In this document: one piece after another, positions 19,351 to 29,020 of the stretch
Position numbering within the stretch: position 1 is the stretch's first letter
Layout of the letters: each line of letters begins with the position of its first letter
Virus record (IMG/VR): IMGVR_UViG_3300030450_003626
Length of the DNA stretch: 64,000 nt
Origin: an uncultured virus (IMG/VR IMGVR_UViG_3300030450_003626)
Lineage: Duplodnaviria; Heunggongvirae; Uroviricota; Caudoviricetes
Direction: 5' to 3' (one strand)
Translations under genes and position numbers: made by a program
Notes under the pieces: model-generated
Told to the model about the DNA's origin: nothing
The model's database searches: none
The model's input: only the letters and a program-made list of their open reading frames with translations

Positions 19351-19604
19351 AACGCTGTGTACGCTGAAGCATCAACCCCATCGTCTGGATTAAACATGCC
19401 CATTTCGTCGCGGACAACTTTCAGCAAAACCATCATGAACGCAACGTTCTCCGGTTTCACTTCCGCTTTCAGATACGCCGCCCACAGATCGGACACCCGT
19501 TGGTGTAGAAGGCTGTAGTCTCCATGCTGTTCTGCGCGATCTCCCCCTACAAGACCAGCGGCCGTCTCCAAAATCTCCACAGGCTTCATATATCGTAACT
19601 CCAT
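19317..19604 (-). CDS. Conserved phage protein (DUF6378-like)
   Basis: ILETAAGLVGGDRAEQHGD...LWAAYL...MVLLKVVR...D..VD...Y pattern. Confidence 0.7.
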   Translation of the reverse strand: MELRYMKPVEILETAAGLVGGDRAEQHGDYSLLHQRVSDLWAAYLKAEVKPENVAFMMVLLKVVRDEMGMFNPDDGVDASAYTALWAALSQERKT

Positions 19605-21118
19605 CTCGTTTGCGGCATGATAACGTGAAGTGATTTCTTGGCTCTGGTCGCCCCCACATAAAAGACCCGGTGTTCTATGCTAGGGTCTCTTAGATACGAC
19701 TTGTGGGCGGCGTAGGATAAATCCGGAACAAGCAATATGTTGTCCGCTTCGCCACCCTTCATTGAGTGTATGGTAGAAACCTTGATCCGCGGGTTCCTGA
19801 CGTTGTCCTTTCGGCGGAGAGCATTCAACACATAGTTCTTCGTATCAAGATCGATACGACTAAGGGCTTGGTGCCAGCGCGCAGAGCCGCTCTGGAGCAA
19901 CCCAAACTTGTCGTAGGCGTCCGACATGTAGACCTGATCGTCCGAAGGTATCCCCAGAAGGGGCCTTGAACGCGCTCCGAAGCCCTTGGAGTAGCCTTCT
20001 TCGGATTTTAGGAAGGAGTAGAGGTTGCGAACCTTCTCGCCCGTCAGAGCGTTCCCTCGGCACCAAATCTCCCAATCCTCAATCGCCTCGTAGGTTTTCA
20101 GCGGAATGCTCGGATGACCGTTCCGGCTGTAGACCCAACCCTCATCGCGTAGAACCGTAGCGATGGTACTCGCGATTCGGTTCGTTCGAGCCAAAACACA
20201 CCACTCGCCCTCATCGATCGGTACATCCCAAACATCGTGGTGGTAACGCACGCTGCCTTCTTCATCCTTGGGCCGCCACGCCTTCGGAGCTCTGTCCCTG
20301 ATGCGGTTAACAATATCCTGGGCTTGGCGCCAAACGGACACCGGCAACCGATAGGATTGACTCAAGACTGTCTTCTTCTCTGTCGCGGAGAGAAACGCGC
20401 CAACATCGGCGCCTTGGAAATTCATTATAGCTTGGTCGTCATCGCCCGTAAAAACCTGTATGTGAGGATTCTTCCGAAGTACACCGACCATGGCCCATTG
20501 AAGGGTGGACAGATCTTGGGCCTCGTCAACAAACAAGGCATCAATGTCTGGGCACAAGTCCTCCCGCACGAAATTCTCAATCATGTCTGTGAAATCGATC
20601 TTCCCGCGGACAGACTTATAGTCCTCATACGCACGTACCAAACGCCTCAATTCCGGCCACTTAACGTTGTAGTCTGCCAGTTGCCGGTGCATCTCCTCGA
20701 GTTCGATACACTTGCTACGCGCTAGATGATACTGGCTCATGTAGAAGTCGCCCTTGGACGGCCCCAGCGTGTCAAAGTCAGACTCCGTGAAGGCGGAGCG
20801 TCCCCTGCCAAAAGGTATCCCGACCTCTTGCCCAATTTCTTTCATGTCTGCGAGGCCGATAACATCATCGGAACGGTACCCGCCAGCACGAAACGCCATG
20901 GAATGCAGCGTTTGGAAATAAGGCATATCTCTTTCGTCAATACCCCAATCCCGGCTAACCCGTTCGCGGCTCTCCTGCGCCGCCTTCCGCGTAAAAGAGA
21001 CGCACGCGATACGATCAGGCGGGATACCCTGTTCGATGCACTCCCGAATCCTGTTTGAATTGGTTTGGGTCTTCCCCGTTCCCGGCGGTCCTAAGATAGT
21101 CTCATGTTGATCAGTCAC
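19586..21118 (-). CDS. Superfamily 1 (UvrD/Rep-like) helicase
   Basis: GPPGTGKT, VDEAQD, GDDDQAI, QSYR, STIHSMKGGE and YVGATRAK motifs. Confidence 0.95.
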   Translation of the reverse strand: MTDQHETILGPPGTGKTQTNSNRIRECIEQGIPPDRIACVSFTRKAAQESRERVSRDWGIDERDMPYFQTLHSMAFRAGGYRSDDVIGLADMKEIGQEVGIPFGRGRSAFTESDFDTLGPSKGDFYMSQYHLARSKCIELEEMHRQLADYNVKWPELRRLVRAYEDYKSVRGKIDFTDMIENFVREDLCPDIDALFVDEAQDLSTLQWAMVGVLRKNPHIQVFTGDDDQAIMNFQGADVGAFLSATEKKTVLSQSYRLPVSVWRQAQDIVNRIRDRAPKAWRPKDEEGSVRYHHDVWDVPIDEGEWCVLARTNRIASTIATVLRDEGWVYSRNGHPSIPLKTYEAIEDWEIWCRGNALTGEKVRNLYSFLKSEEGYSKGFGARSRPLLGIPSDDQVYMSDAYDKFGLLQSGSARWHQALSRIDLDTKNYVLNALRRKDNVRNPRIKVSTIHSMKGGEADNILLVPDLSYAAHKSYLRDPSIEHRVFYVGATRAKKSLHVIMPQTRWSYDI

Positions 21119-21560
21119 TCTCTACACCCCATTTAAATTTCAGCTGCCCATAGACCGGTTGCCAATCCCTGCCCGGCCTGTTCAGCCAAGACCCCGACCC
21201 ATCAGTTTCTCCGATAATCTTCCAGCCTGCGCCACGCAAACTAGACCCACTTTCCGACTTCAATGTATAGGTGATCATTTTCTTGCCCCCCATCTGCTGC
21301 CAGACTCTCCAACAACGACCATATAAAAATGAACAAGTGTTCTTGGGGCTGTCATCTAAAACACAAAGCCGGGTTACCTCTGCCGTAAAACCGTCATCAT
21401 TCTTCCGTGCAATCGGCCGTCCCACTATCGCAACCCCCAAAAGGCTATCGCCATCACTGGCACCGATGCAGAATTTTGCGCCTTGCACAGGTTTGTTGTG
21501 CCTGTGGAAGTTCCGCACAAATTCATTGGACTCTCGGAGTGTCATAGGAACGACCATCAA
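21111..21560 (-). CDS. XF1762-family phage protein
   Basis: HRHNKP, GVAIVGRPIAR, EVTRLC, CSFLY and ESGSSLRGAGW motifs. Confidence 0.7.
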   Translation of the reverse strand: MMVVPMTLRESNEFVRNFHRHNKPVQGAKFCIGASDGDSLLGVAIVGRPIARKNDDGFTAEVTRLCVLDDSPKNTCSFLYGRCWRVWQQMGGKKMITYTLKSESGSSLRGAGWKIIGETDGSGSWLNRPGRDWQPVYGQLKFKWGVESD

Positions 21561-23119
21561 AACGGTGGCTCCTGTGCGTCAAACTTAACATCGGGTAAAT
21601 CAACCTCACCGCGGCTCATCTCTGGCACAAACCAGACGCGCACAGCCTTCCACTGATCATTATTGTCTCGGAAATTGTAGACCTTGTCGCAACTGCCCCC
21701 CGCGTTCATTTCCTTCAGCCGTTCGGTGATCTGACCACGGGTGTATTGTGTGAAGCTGTTCCTCTTCAAAAACTCCTGTAGCGAACTAAGCTTGAAATAG
21801 GTCACGCCCTCCTCGGTCCACGGCTTACCCGTCAACAGTTCCTCCGGGCTATGCGCTTGAATGCGGCTAGTACAGAAGTTCTCCAGTAGTTCGGTAAACA
21901 ACCCCTTCTGCGTCAATTCTTCTGGTACAGAGATCCGGGTTGCATCCCTCAACAGACCATCAACAAGGTCCCGCCAATCGGATTCCTTCATCCGCGCAGG
22001 CATCGAATACATCTGTTCCATACACGCTCGTTGAAACTCAACCTGCAACTGGAGTTGCTTAGTGGACAGTTCCAGCCGTGTGCCGTCGCAATCGACAAAC
22101 CAGACAGGCGGCTCCGACTCCACAACCGTAAGACCACCAACCGGCACGTGAGAATTGGCGTCACCGACACCAAACTTGCGCGACCTGCACAGGGTCTTGT
22201 TGCAGTGACTGTGCAGGGGCTCTTGGTTGCAGGTATAGAAGTATTCCTTCTTGTCCAGTTGCTGCTGGATCACAACGACCTCCGCAGCGGGCAGAGGCGG
22301 ATTGCAGTACTCTTGGTTATGCTTCTCCAGCAACTCCCGCCAGTTTTCCGGGGAGAACTGCTTGTAGTACACACCGACATTCAAAAGCGTTACGTTGCGG
22401 CCGCCCTCCGGAATGCCAAATTCCGTTAATTTTTGAAGGCACGGTGGTCCATCTGGCAAAATCTCACTGTCGCTGCCCAAAATAACTTCCGCCAATTCCT
22501 TGGCGGTTATGCGCGACTTCTCTGCCACGGTGAGGAAATCCTCCAAGGACAGCGAGCCACCGTCCTCGGTCAGAGCGTACCGCGTAGTGTACTGTGCGTT
22601 CTGGTACGGGAGATTGATAAAGCTTCCTACATCCCCGCGTTCCGCAAGGAGTTCCTCCTGCTTGGGGAAAATTTCGCAATTCCCCCAGCCCAGCGCCGAA
22701 GCAAATTCCGCTAGACGGTCACGTATCTCGGACGCCGCGACCTTCTCCGACAAAAATAAAAACAAATGAGCGCCGCCTGATTTTGAACGGCAGGTCACCA
22801 GCGGCAGATTAAATCTTTTAACTTTAGAAAAGAGTAAGGCCAGGTCGAGGCTGTAATCGTCAATGTCCAGCGCACCGAAGGAACACTGGTTTGTCTCGTC
22901 AATCGGTATGGAGCCGACCCCAATACCACCGTTTAGGTGCTTCTGCACAAGGTCAACGGTCAACGGCTCACGGACAAGGTTATACGACGCCGCCTGCTTG
23001 CCACCGCGTTTACGACCTTGGACGTTGGTCTGGCCGTGCGCTCCCTGCGATCCTAAAAATAAATCGTGGAACCGTTCTGCTAGTTTATCATCCATGAGGG
23101 AAGCGGCGGCCACCGACAA
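21557..23119 (-). CDS. AEP-type primase with a PriCT-like domain
   Basis: DID, RSKSGGAH, INLPY, PPC and EGGRN motifs. Confidence 0.8.
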   Translation of the reverse strand: MSVAAASLMDDKLAERFHDLFLGSQGAHGQTNVQGRKRGGKQAASYNLVREPLTVDLVQKHLNGGIGVGSIPIDETNQCSFGALDIDDYSLDLALLFSKVKRFNLPLVTCRSKSGGAHLFLFLSEKVAASEIRDRLAEFASALGWGNCEIFPKQEELLAERGDVGSFINLPYQNAQYTTRYALTEDGGSLSLEDFLTVAEKSRITAKELAEVILGSDSEILPDGPPCLQKLTEFGIPEGGRNVTLLNVGVYYKQFSPENWRELLEKHNQEYCNPPLPAAEVVVIQQQLDKKEYFYTCNQEPLHSHCNKTLCRSRKFGVGDANSHVPVGGLTVVESEPPVWFVDCDGTRLELSTKQLQLQVEFQRACMEQMYSMPARMKESDWRDLVDGLLRDATRISVPEELTQKGLFTELLENFCTSRIQAHSPEELLTGKPWTEEGVTYFKLSSLQEFLKRNSFTQYTRGQITERLKEMNAGGSCDKVYNFRDNNDQWKAVRVWFVPEMSRGEVDLPDVKFDAQEPPF

Positions 23120-23143
23120 ATGCCAGCGGCCGCCAAGCCCATC

Positions 23144-23905
23144 CTAGAAAGGCACGTCTTCAGACTGATCCGTAATCGCGCCCTCCGCAGGCGGTGGCGC
23201 AATCTTCAGTTCCCCGCGGCTAATACTGCCGTGGAGCTCCTTGGCGTCCTTGTACGCTTCAAGAGATGGAACGCGCCCTTCCAAGGCAATCGACCAAGAT
23301 CCCCAAGAACCCTTGTCATTGCCATCCTCAACAGACTTGAGACGATACGTGTTCGCAAACGACGGCAACGTGCTGCCGTTGTGCTTCTGCATCATCATCA
23401 TCGACACCCACAACCGACTCCTTTTCAATTGTGTCTTTTTCATGTCAACAATGGCGTTCTCAAGGTTGCCGTCTTCATGCACAATCTTCACGTAGTGCTG
23501 CGCGGAGCGCACGAGCTCGTTGCCATTGTGCAAAAGTTCAAGGTTAGTGTCGCTGTCCCTATACGCGGTCCTAACCTCGTCGCTGTCGGCGGCCAACTCG
23601 CCAACAAACCCACCACCTTGGGTGCGCGGAACAAATTCGAGAAATTTCATCTCAAAATAGACGGGGATCACGACCACCCCCTCGCTACCATCCCAAACCT
23701 TGTTGGTGACGGTGTTGAAGATATCGCCCTGACCGGCACCTTCGATGAAGGCCGCATCCGACTTTTTGAGTTGAGGCGACAGTGCCTGCAAGATACGAAG
23801 AAACGGTATCTGCAAATCGGCGGAGGTTACCTCCTCGAAACCAACCCCCGCGTCTTCCGCAAAAGCGTCTTCCAAACCCACGGGTAACTTTGCTGTTTTA
23901 GCCAT
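23144..23905 (-). CDS. Putative single-stranded DNA-binding protein
   Basis: IPFLRILQALSPQ, NDKGSW, acidic EDVPF C-terminus; GGAG RBS before MAKTAK. Confidence 0.7.
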   Translation of the reverse strand: MAKTAKLPVGLEDAFAEDAGVGFEEVTSADLQIPFLRILQALSPQLKKSDAAFIEGAGQGDIFNTVTNKVWDGSEGVVVIPVYFEMKFLEFVPRTQGGGFVGELAADSDEVRTAYRDSDTNLELLHNGNELVRSAQHYVKIVHEDGNLENAIVDMKKTQLKRSRLWVSMMMMQKHNGSTLPSFANTYRLKSVEDGNDKGSWGSWSIALEGRVPSLEAYKDAKELHGSISRGELKIAPPPAEGAITDQSEDVPF

Positions 23906-23909
23906 CTTT

Positions 23910-24482
23910 CTATACTCCCTTGATTTTCGCAATTGTTCCAACGTAACCGTTGAAAATTTCCAGATCGATCTCCCGACCATCCTCAATTCGGTCTTTTATC
24001 AGCTTCTTTAGGGTGCTGGGCTCAACCCAGACCTTTGACGCCGTGTCAAACCCCCGCTCATCCAAGTCGGCCTGCACGGATTTAGCCGTGTTGTCCTCGG
24101 ACAAACCGAAACGAATGCTAATTTCGTTTTTAATAAAGTCGCCAGCCCCGATATCGCGCAGATGAGCAAAAGCTATCTCCCGCTGCATGGGGTCTTTTGG
24201 CATCGTTCCGCTTACGAACTGCTGAAGCGTGACCTGATTGCCATCGACCTCAACCTTCGACAAGCCGGTCTCGTTCATTTTGGCCGGAATCAGATCATAC
24301 ACATAACGATCCCGCTCAACCTTCAACCGCTTAACTTCAGCTTCCGCGGCTTTGAGGTCGTTCATGATTGTTGTCGTTGTCTTGATTAGTCCCGATAGTT
24401 CAGTGCCGTTCTGTGTTGTCAAATCCTTGAATGCGTTTGCGTCGATCTCGATCTCGTTCCATAGTTCTCTTTCACTCATCAA
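23910..24482 (-). CDS. Conserved phage replication-module protein
   Basis: IPAKMNETGL, GDFIKNEI and VEPSTLK pattern; lies just before the SSB gene. Confidence 0.6.
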   Translation of the reverse strand: MMSERELWNEIEIDANAFKDLTTQNGTELSGLIKTTTTIMNDLKAAEAEVKRLKVERDRYVYDLIPAKMNETGLSKVEVDGNQVTLQQFVSGTMPKDPMQREIAFAHLRDIGAGDFIKNEISIRFGLSEDNTAKSVQADLDERGFDTASKVWVEPSTLKKLIKDRIEDGREIDLEIFNGYVGTIAKIKGV

Positions 24483-24494
24483 CGTATCTCCTCG

Positions 24495-24833
24495 TCAGGT
24501 TTTAAGGTCTTCAATACCGCCGCCGCGCAATTGTACTTTGACGGGATAGTATGTTTTCTCCATACGATCCCACTTCAAAATGTTTACCCGGCCTTGGTTG
24601 ATTTCCGCTGCGATAGCAAACGACACGCCAATTATGGCGGGGTCGCCCATAGCCAACAGCCAATCGTCCTCGGTCAACCCGTGAAGGTTGCGACGAATCT
24701 GCGACACCAACCTGGAAGGGTTAATGTGCAATTGGTCATAAGGATTGGTGAGAGTCTCAAGATCACCCCACTTTGCAGCGGGTAAAACGTTAACGCGGGG
24801 GTTTTCTTGGGTCACAAAAACTGTTGGCATCAA
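24495..24833 (-). CDS. Conserved hypothetical phage protein
   Basis: DWLLAMGDP and LKWDR...YYP motifs. Confidence 0.6.
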   Translation of the reverse strand: MMPTVFVTQENPRVNVLPAAKWGDLETLTNPYDQLHINPSRLVSQIRRNLHGLTEDDWLLAMGDPAIIGVSFAIAAEINQGRVNILKWDRMEKTYYPVKVQLRGGGIEDLKT

Positions 24834-24913
24834 AATTCTCTCTTTCTGGACCCCATTCTTAGTCCATAATTTTTATGGTTGCAACACTTAATTTGGGATA
24901 GTATAGTTATTCC

Positions 24914-26362
24914 ATGATTTATTCGTTTAAAACCAAGCCATACCTCCATCAGGAGGAAGTTTTATCCGCATCGTGGGATAAGATCAACTGGGCCTTTTTC
25001 ATGGAGATGGGAACCGGCAAGTCCAAGGTCTGCATCGACACGGCCACCATGTTATATGAAAACAATAAGATAGACACGTTTATTGTCGTGGCTCCGAAGG
25101 GCGTTTACCGCAACTGGGCCAATCTTGAGATACCCGCGCACATGCCTGATAGGGTCGCGAACAACGCGACCACTTTGATATGGCGACCAACCCCGACAAA
25201 AGCGCTACGGGAGAATCTATTTAGCTTTATGCAACCTGCGGGGGAAGGTCTTCGCATACTTGTCATGAACGTTGAGGCTCTTAGCACTAAAAAAGGGCAA
25301 CAATACCTCGCGGCAGTTCTGAAAGCGTCCAAGGCACTGTTGGCGATAGATGAGTCCACTGCTATCAAATCGCCCAAGGCCTCACGAACCAAGGCGTTGA
25401 TTAAGCTATCGGGTTTGGCGACTTACCGGAGAATCCTGACGGGATTTCCCGTGACCCAATCGCCCATGGATCTTTGGGCGCAGTGTAGATTCATGTCGCC
25501 CGACCTTCTGGGCGACTGCGGCGAGGACTTTTACCAGTTCCAGTATCGATACGCCATCCGGCAAAGAAAACACCTTGGCACGCATTCGTTTGATCAGATT
25601 GTTGGGTATCGGAACCTCGAAGAATTGTCCGTGCTTCTTAAAAATTTTTCTAGCCGCGTCATGAAGGACGAGTGTCTAGACCTGCCCAGCAAGATTTATT
25701 CGCAGCGCAGTGTGCAACTGTCCTCGGACCAAAAGCGAATCTACAACGATCTGAAGGAATACGCGCTCGCGCACATAAATGACCACGAGTTCATGACCGC
25801 AACGAACGTCATGACCCAGCTTCTGCGTATGCAGCAAGTTCTGTCTGGTCACACCAAATCGGATAGTGGTGAAATCATTGAGATTGAGGACAACCGTATC
25901 AATGAATTGATTGCCTGTTTGGACGAGACCGATGGCAAGGCGATTATCTGGTCACGCTTCCGGTACGACATAAAACGTATCGCAAGCGCGCTTACCAAAA
26001 GGTATGGGCCGCAGTCCACCGTTACCTATTTTGGTGACACCACAGACGAACAACGGTCAGAGGCCATTGAGCGGTTTCAAAACGGAAAGGCCAGGTTCTT
26101 CGTGGGTAACCCGCAGACGGGTGGATACGGCATTACGCTGACGGCCGCGACAACCGTTGTCTATTTTGCGAACAGTTTTGATTTGGCAGTCCGAATGCAG
26201 TCCGAAGATCGGGCGCACCGCATCGGTCAAAAGGAACACGTGACTTACATCGACCTAATTGCCGAAGACACCATCGATGAGCGGATCGTTAAATCTCTGC
26301 GAAACAAGATGGATATTGCATCCGTGGTGATGGGCGAAGAACTGAAGGAATGGTTGAGATAA
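24914..26362 (+). CDS. SNF2-family (SF2) helicase
   Basis: MEMGTGKS, IDES, LTGFP, GYGITLT and QSEDRAHRIGQ motifs. Confidence 0.95.
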   Translation: MIYSFKTKPYLHQEEVLSASWDKINWAFFMEMGTGKSKVCIDTATMLYENNKIDTFIVVAPKGVYRNWANLEIPAHMPDRVANNATTLIWRPTPTKALRENLFSFMQPAGEGLRILVMNVEALSTKKGQQYLAAVLKASKALLAIDESTAIKSPKASRTKALIKLSGLATYRRILTGFPVTQSPMDLWAQCRFMSPDLLGDCGEDFYQFQYRYAIRQRKHLGTHSFDQIVGYRNLEELSVLLKNFSSRVMKDECLDLPSKIYSQRSVQLSSDQKRIYNDLKEYALAHINDHEFMTATNVMTQLLRMQQVLSGHTKSDSGEIIEIEDNRINELIACLDETDGKAIIWSRFRYDIKRIASALTKRYGPQSTVTYFGDTTDEQRSEAIERFQNGKARFFVGNPQTGGYGITLTAATTVVYFANSFDLAVRMQSEDRAHRIGQKEHVTYIDLIAEDTIDERIVKSLRNKMDIASVVMGEELKEWLR

Positions 26363-26638
26363 ATGGAATATCTAAAACCCAAACAGTTTCTAGAATGGTT
26401 GGCGAAGGCGCGGGCTGGCGACAAGATTATCGTGTACAGCGGACCATTGGGCGTCTGGAACCACACCATCAACAACATTGTGACGCGCCGCGTTCAAGAG
26501 ATTATCAACGAAAAGCGTGATCGATTCATCATTGCGACGTTCCACCGCAGGCTTGGGCCTAACAGGTTCGGTCTGGAAGCGCACGTGTTGGGTCCTCTCG
26601 CGAGGAGACACCTCAAGAAATGGAAAAGCTGGGTGTAA
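26363..26638 (+). CDS. Hypothetical protein
   Basis: ORF immediately after the helicase. Confidence 0.55.
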   Translation: MEYLKPKQFLEWLAKARAGDKIIVYSGPLGVWNHTINNIVTRRVQEIINEKRDRFIIATFHRRLGPNRFGLEAHVLGPLARRHLKKWKSWV

Positions 26639-26679
26639 GGAGGATTGTGATGAAATCAACCATATGGAGGAGATCGTAA

Positions 26680-26862
26680 GTGCCCGATATTAAAAAGTAT
26701 AAATCCGTCGCCGTTCCAATTCCCACGTGGGAGAAGCTGTGGAAGATGGCAGATAAGAACCACCGGTCGCCCGCGCAACAAATCGCTTTCTTAGTCGAAG
26801 CGTGCGAGGGAACGCCCAGTGACGCGCAGGTGTTGCACTTGTTCCGGAAGGAGATCGATTAA
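26680..26862 (+). CDS. Ribbon-helix-helix (Arc-like) DNA-binding protein
   Basis: YKSVAVP...L..MA...HRSPAQQI pattern; GGAGGAG RBS. Confidence 0.65.
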   Translation: MPDIKKYKSVAVPIPTWEKLWKMADKNHRSPAQQIAFLVEACEGTPSDAQVLHLFRKEID

Positions 26863-27119
26863 TGTCCACGGTGCAGGACTTGGACCGATTCTATCATAAG
26901 GTCGGTGCGTTGGCTCGAGAGAAGAATGAATTGACCTCCCTAGAAAGGACAATCGTCCTGTTTCGCGTAGCCTACGAAACTGCCCTAGACGACCTTGGTC
27001 CTGTAGGGGCGGTACATGCGGCATCCCGTATGATGACGATGACTCTGGCGATCCTCGACGAAACTAATTTCGAGGATATACTGGAGAATTTTGATACCGA
27101 CTCTAAAATGCCCAATTAA
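26862..27119 (+). CDS. Hypothetical protein
   Basis: TAATG-coupled ORF. Confidence 0.5.
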   Translation: MSTVQDLDRFYHKVGALAREKNELTSLERTIVLFRVAYETALDDLGPVGAVHAASRMMTMTLAILDETNFEDILENFDTDSKMPN

Positions 27120-27580
27120 GGACGGGCATAAAAGACATGATCCCCTATCACGCGGCGAAACGAAAGTTTGCTGGACCAGCTTGGTCTGACAGATGTCGTG
27201 TGATAGTGGGTCGCGTCTCCCAAACCATCGACCACAAGATGACCAGATAGAAGCACGCCCGCCAGATCTAGAGCCGTGGACCATGGTTCTTTTTCAGTGG
27301 GTTGTTCTGGCTTGCCGTCGCAGTAATAGCTGAACTGGCACTTGTGCTTGATCGGCCGACCGTTCCGATAACGCCCTTGGCGCACGACAGCACAGATGTC
27401 GTTCGGATATCGCGTGTCTCGAACCCTGTTCTGAATCACCACGCCCACAGCCAGCATCCCGCGCCAACCTTGGTTCCGTGCCTCGAAGTACATTGCCTCT
27501 GCTAGGCACTCTTTAGGGTTTTTTGCTTCCGCCGCGGTCGCTATCAAAAGAACCGCTGCCACTGTCGCAAGAACCTTCAT
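27116..27580 (-). CDS. Cell wall hydrolase, SleB/Hydrolase_2 family, with signal peptide
   Basis: CLAEAMYFEAR, VIQNRV, CQFSYYCDG, ATHYH and IGDHVFY motifs; GGAGG RBS before MKVLAT. Confidence 0.9.
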   Translation of the reverse strand: MKVLATVAAVLLIATAAEAKNPKECLAEAMYFEARNQGWRGMLAVGVVIQNRVRDTRYPNDICAVVRQGRYRNGRPIKHKCQFSYYCDGKPEQPTEKEPWSTALDLAGVLLSGHLVVDGLGDATHYHTTSVRPSWSSKLSFRRVIGDHVFYARP

Positions 27581-27731
27581 ACTCAACCTCCCCGTCACAA
27601 CAATCCAACACCGGCCGGTGACACGCCGTACATTGGTAATGCCCGCGGACAAAGGCCAACCGCGTGTTTGCACCGCACCATGGGCAATCGTTAAATGCTT
27701 TTGTGTCAATTACCCCATTGCTGGTCCTCAT
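27513..27731 (-). CDS. Small Zn-ribbon protein
   Basis: CPWC...GHYQCTAC...CCDGE; start uncertain. Confidence 0.45.
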   Translation of the reverse strand: MRTSNGVIDTKAFNDCPWCGANTRLAFVRGHYQCTACHRPVLDCCDGEVEYEGSCDSGSGSFDSDRGGSKKP

Positions 27732-27906
27732 CGTCTACTTCAAGCGCTTCTCTGGCAGTGCGGCCGAGCCATTGCACGCACGTGCCACCCTCCAAACCAA
27801 GGGACGAAACGTCGGCAATGTCCTGTAAAGCCAACCGCAGTTTTTCAATTCGGACTTTCTCGTCCACTATCATGTCATTCGGCTCCTTCAGCCGCGGCAA
27901 TAGCAT
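27706..27906 (-). CDS. Hypothetical protein
   Basis: Short ORF in operon direction. Confidence 0.4.
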   Translation of the reverse strand: MLLPRLKEPNDMIVDEKVRIEKLRLALQDIADVSSLGLEGGTCVQWLGRTAREALEVDDEDQQWGN

Positions 27907-28855
27907 ACCCTATTTCTTCCGCGATTTGCGGGATGATCGTGTTTCCCAAGGCACGCAACTGAGATACTCGATTGGGTACCCCATGAGCCAAGCGACCCAC
28001 ATCGGGTTCAAACTGCCACCAAGCCTGTGGCGTTCGGCCGCCGACTTCTGACCACGGCCCTTGGCCGCCCCCACATCCGGCGTCGGAAACATCTGAACCG
28101 CCAACGTCAAAGGCGTTCCCCCCTGGCTGTACTCCTTCGTCCGCTCCGTGGCGCTGTCCTGCGTCGGCGTCGGCCACATGCCCCTTGCCTTTGCCGCCTT
28201 GCGTGAGTTGCTCCCGCCGTCTAAGCCCGTTGTCCGTGGCGTCGGCCACAAAGTCGAAACCCAGTTGCCGCTGCCGGATGTTGCCATCGAAGGCGCCATC
28301 TGGTTCGCTTTCGCTGTCGGCGTGTGCAACAATCCAGAGTCGCTGCCGGATGTGCGGGGCGCCAACCGCGCAAGCTGGAATATTAAACGTCCTTGTGGCG
28401 TAGCCTTCGTTTTCCAAGTCAGAGAGTACTTCGTCCAAGCCCAGTTGGACGAGCCCAATAACGTTTTCTCCAACAACCCAAGTGGGCCTGCATTCCCGGA
28501 TAAGTCTAAACATTTCCGGCCAGAGGTGGCGGGGGTCGTCTTGAGCTCGTTGCTTTCCTGCGTGGGAAAATGGCTGGCAAGGGAATCCTCCGCAAATAAC
28601 ATCGGGTCGGGTCGGGAGGTCGGGTCCTTGGACATTTCTAATATCCTCCAAAACAGGAACGTCGGGCCAATGATGCTTCAGAACCGCTTGGCAATACGGA
28701 TCCTGCTCTACAAAACAAGTCGTACTAAAAAAGCCGGTGGCCTCGAGCCCTCGCGCGAAGCCACCGATTCCCGAAAATAGGTCCAGTGTCTTTAAAGCCA
28801 CTGAAACATGCCAGCCAACAAGCCACCCAAAAACACCAGAGCAAAATATTCCCAA
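27875..28855 (-). CDS. C5 cytosine DNA methyltransferase, large polypeptide (lacks motif IX)
   Basis: DLFSGIGG (I), GGFPCQPFS (IV), ENV (VI), HIRQRLW (VIII), LRALGN (X); true start probably near 28804. Confidence 0.9.
   Translation of the reverse strand: MGIFCSGVFGWLVGWHVSVALKTLDLFSGIGGFARGLEATGFFSTTCFVEQDPYCQAVLKHHWPDVPVLEDIRNVQGPDLPTRPDVICGGFPCQPFSHAGKQRAQDDPRHLWPEMFRLIRECRPTWVVGENVIGLVQLGLDEVLSDLENEGYATRTFNIPACAVGAPHIRQRLWIVAHADSESEPDGAFDGNIRQRQLGFDFVADATDNGLRRREQLTQGGKGKGHVADADAGQRHGADEGVQPGGNAFDVGGSDVSDAGCGGGQGPWSEVGGRTPQAWWQFEPDVGRLAHGVPNRVSQLRALGNTIIPQIAEEIGYAIAAAEGAE
27910..28635 (-). CDS. Putative second methyltransferase polypeptide in an alternate frame (TRD plus motif IX)
   Basis: Nested same-strand ORF with four (W/H/F)PTP-type repeats and LNPMWVAWLMGYP, resembling motif IX. 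Confidence 0.7.
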   Translation of the reverse strand: MSKDPTSRPDPMLFAEDSLASHFPTQESNELKTTPATSGRKCLDLSGNAGPLGLLEKTLLGSSNWAWTKYSLTWKTKATPQGRLIFQLARLAPRTSGSDSGLLHTPTAKANQMAPSMATSGSGNWVSTLWPTPRTTGLDGGSNSRKAAKARGMWPTPTQDSATERTKEYSQGGTPLTLAVQMFPTPDVGAAKGRGQKSAAERHRLGGSLNPMWVAWLMGYPIEYLSCVPWETRSSRKSRKK

Positions 28856-28861
28856 CCCATC

Positions 28862-29020
28862 CTACTCTCCCAGTTCTCTTTGCGAGACACCAACTTCCAT
28901 AAGTTTCGTAACATTAACCTCTCCTTGATTGTCACAAACGTTACAATCAGACACCGAATCGTCATCCGCGTTACGAACGTAACCGTTCCCGTAACACGTG
29001 GTACAGATTTCCCTAGGCAT
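28862..29020 (-). CDS. Small DnaJ-type zinc-finger protein
   Basis: CTTCYGNG...CNVCDNQG; GGAGG RBS. Confidence 0.6.
   Translation of the reverse strand: MPREICTTCYGNGYVRNADDDSVSDCNVCDNQGEVNVTKLMEVGVSQRELGE

Noticed and set aside
23120..23887. 255-aa plus-strand ORF
   Set aside because: Antisense shadow of the SSB-like gene
28148..28780. 210-aa plus-strand ORF
   Set aside because: Antisense shadow of the methyltransferase with no recognisable motifs
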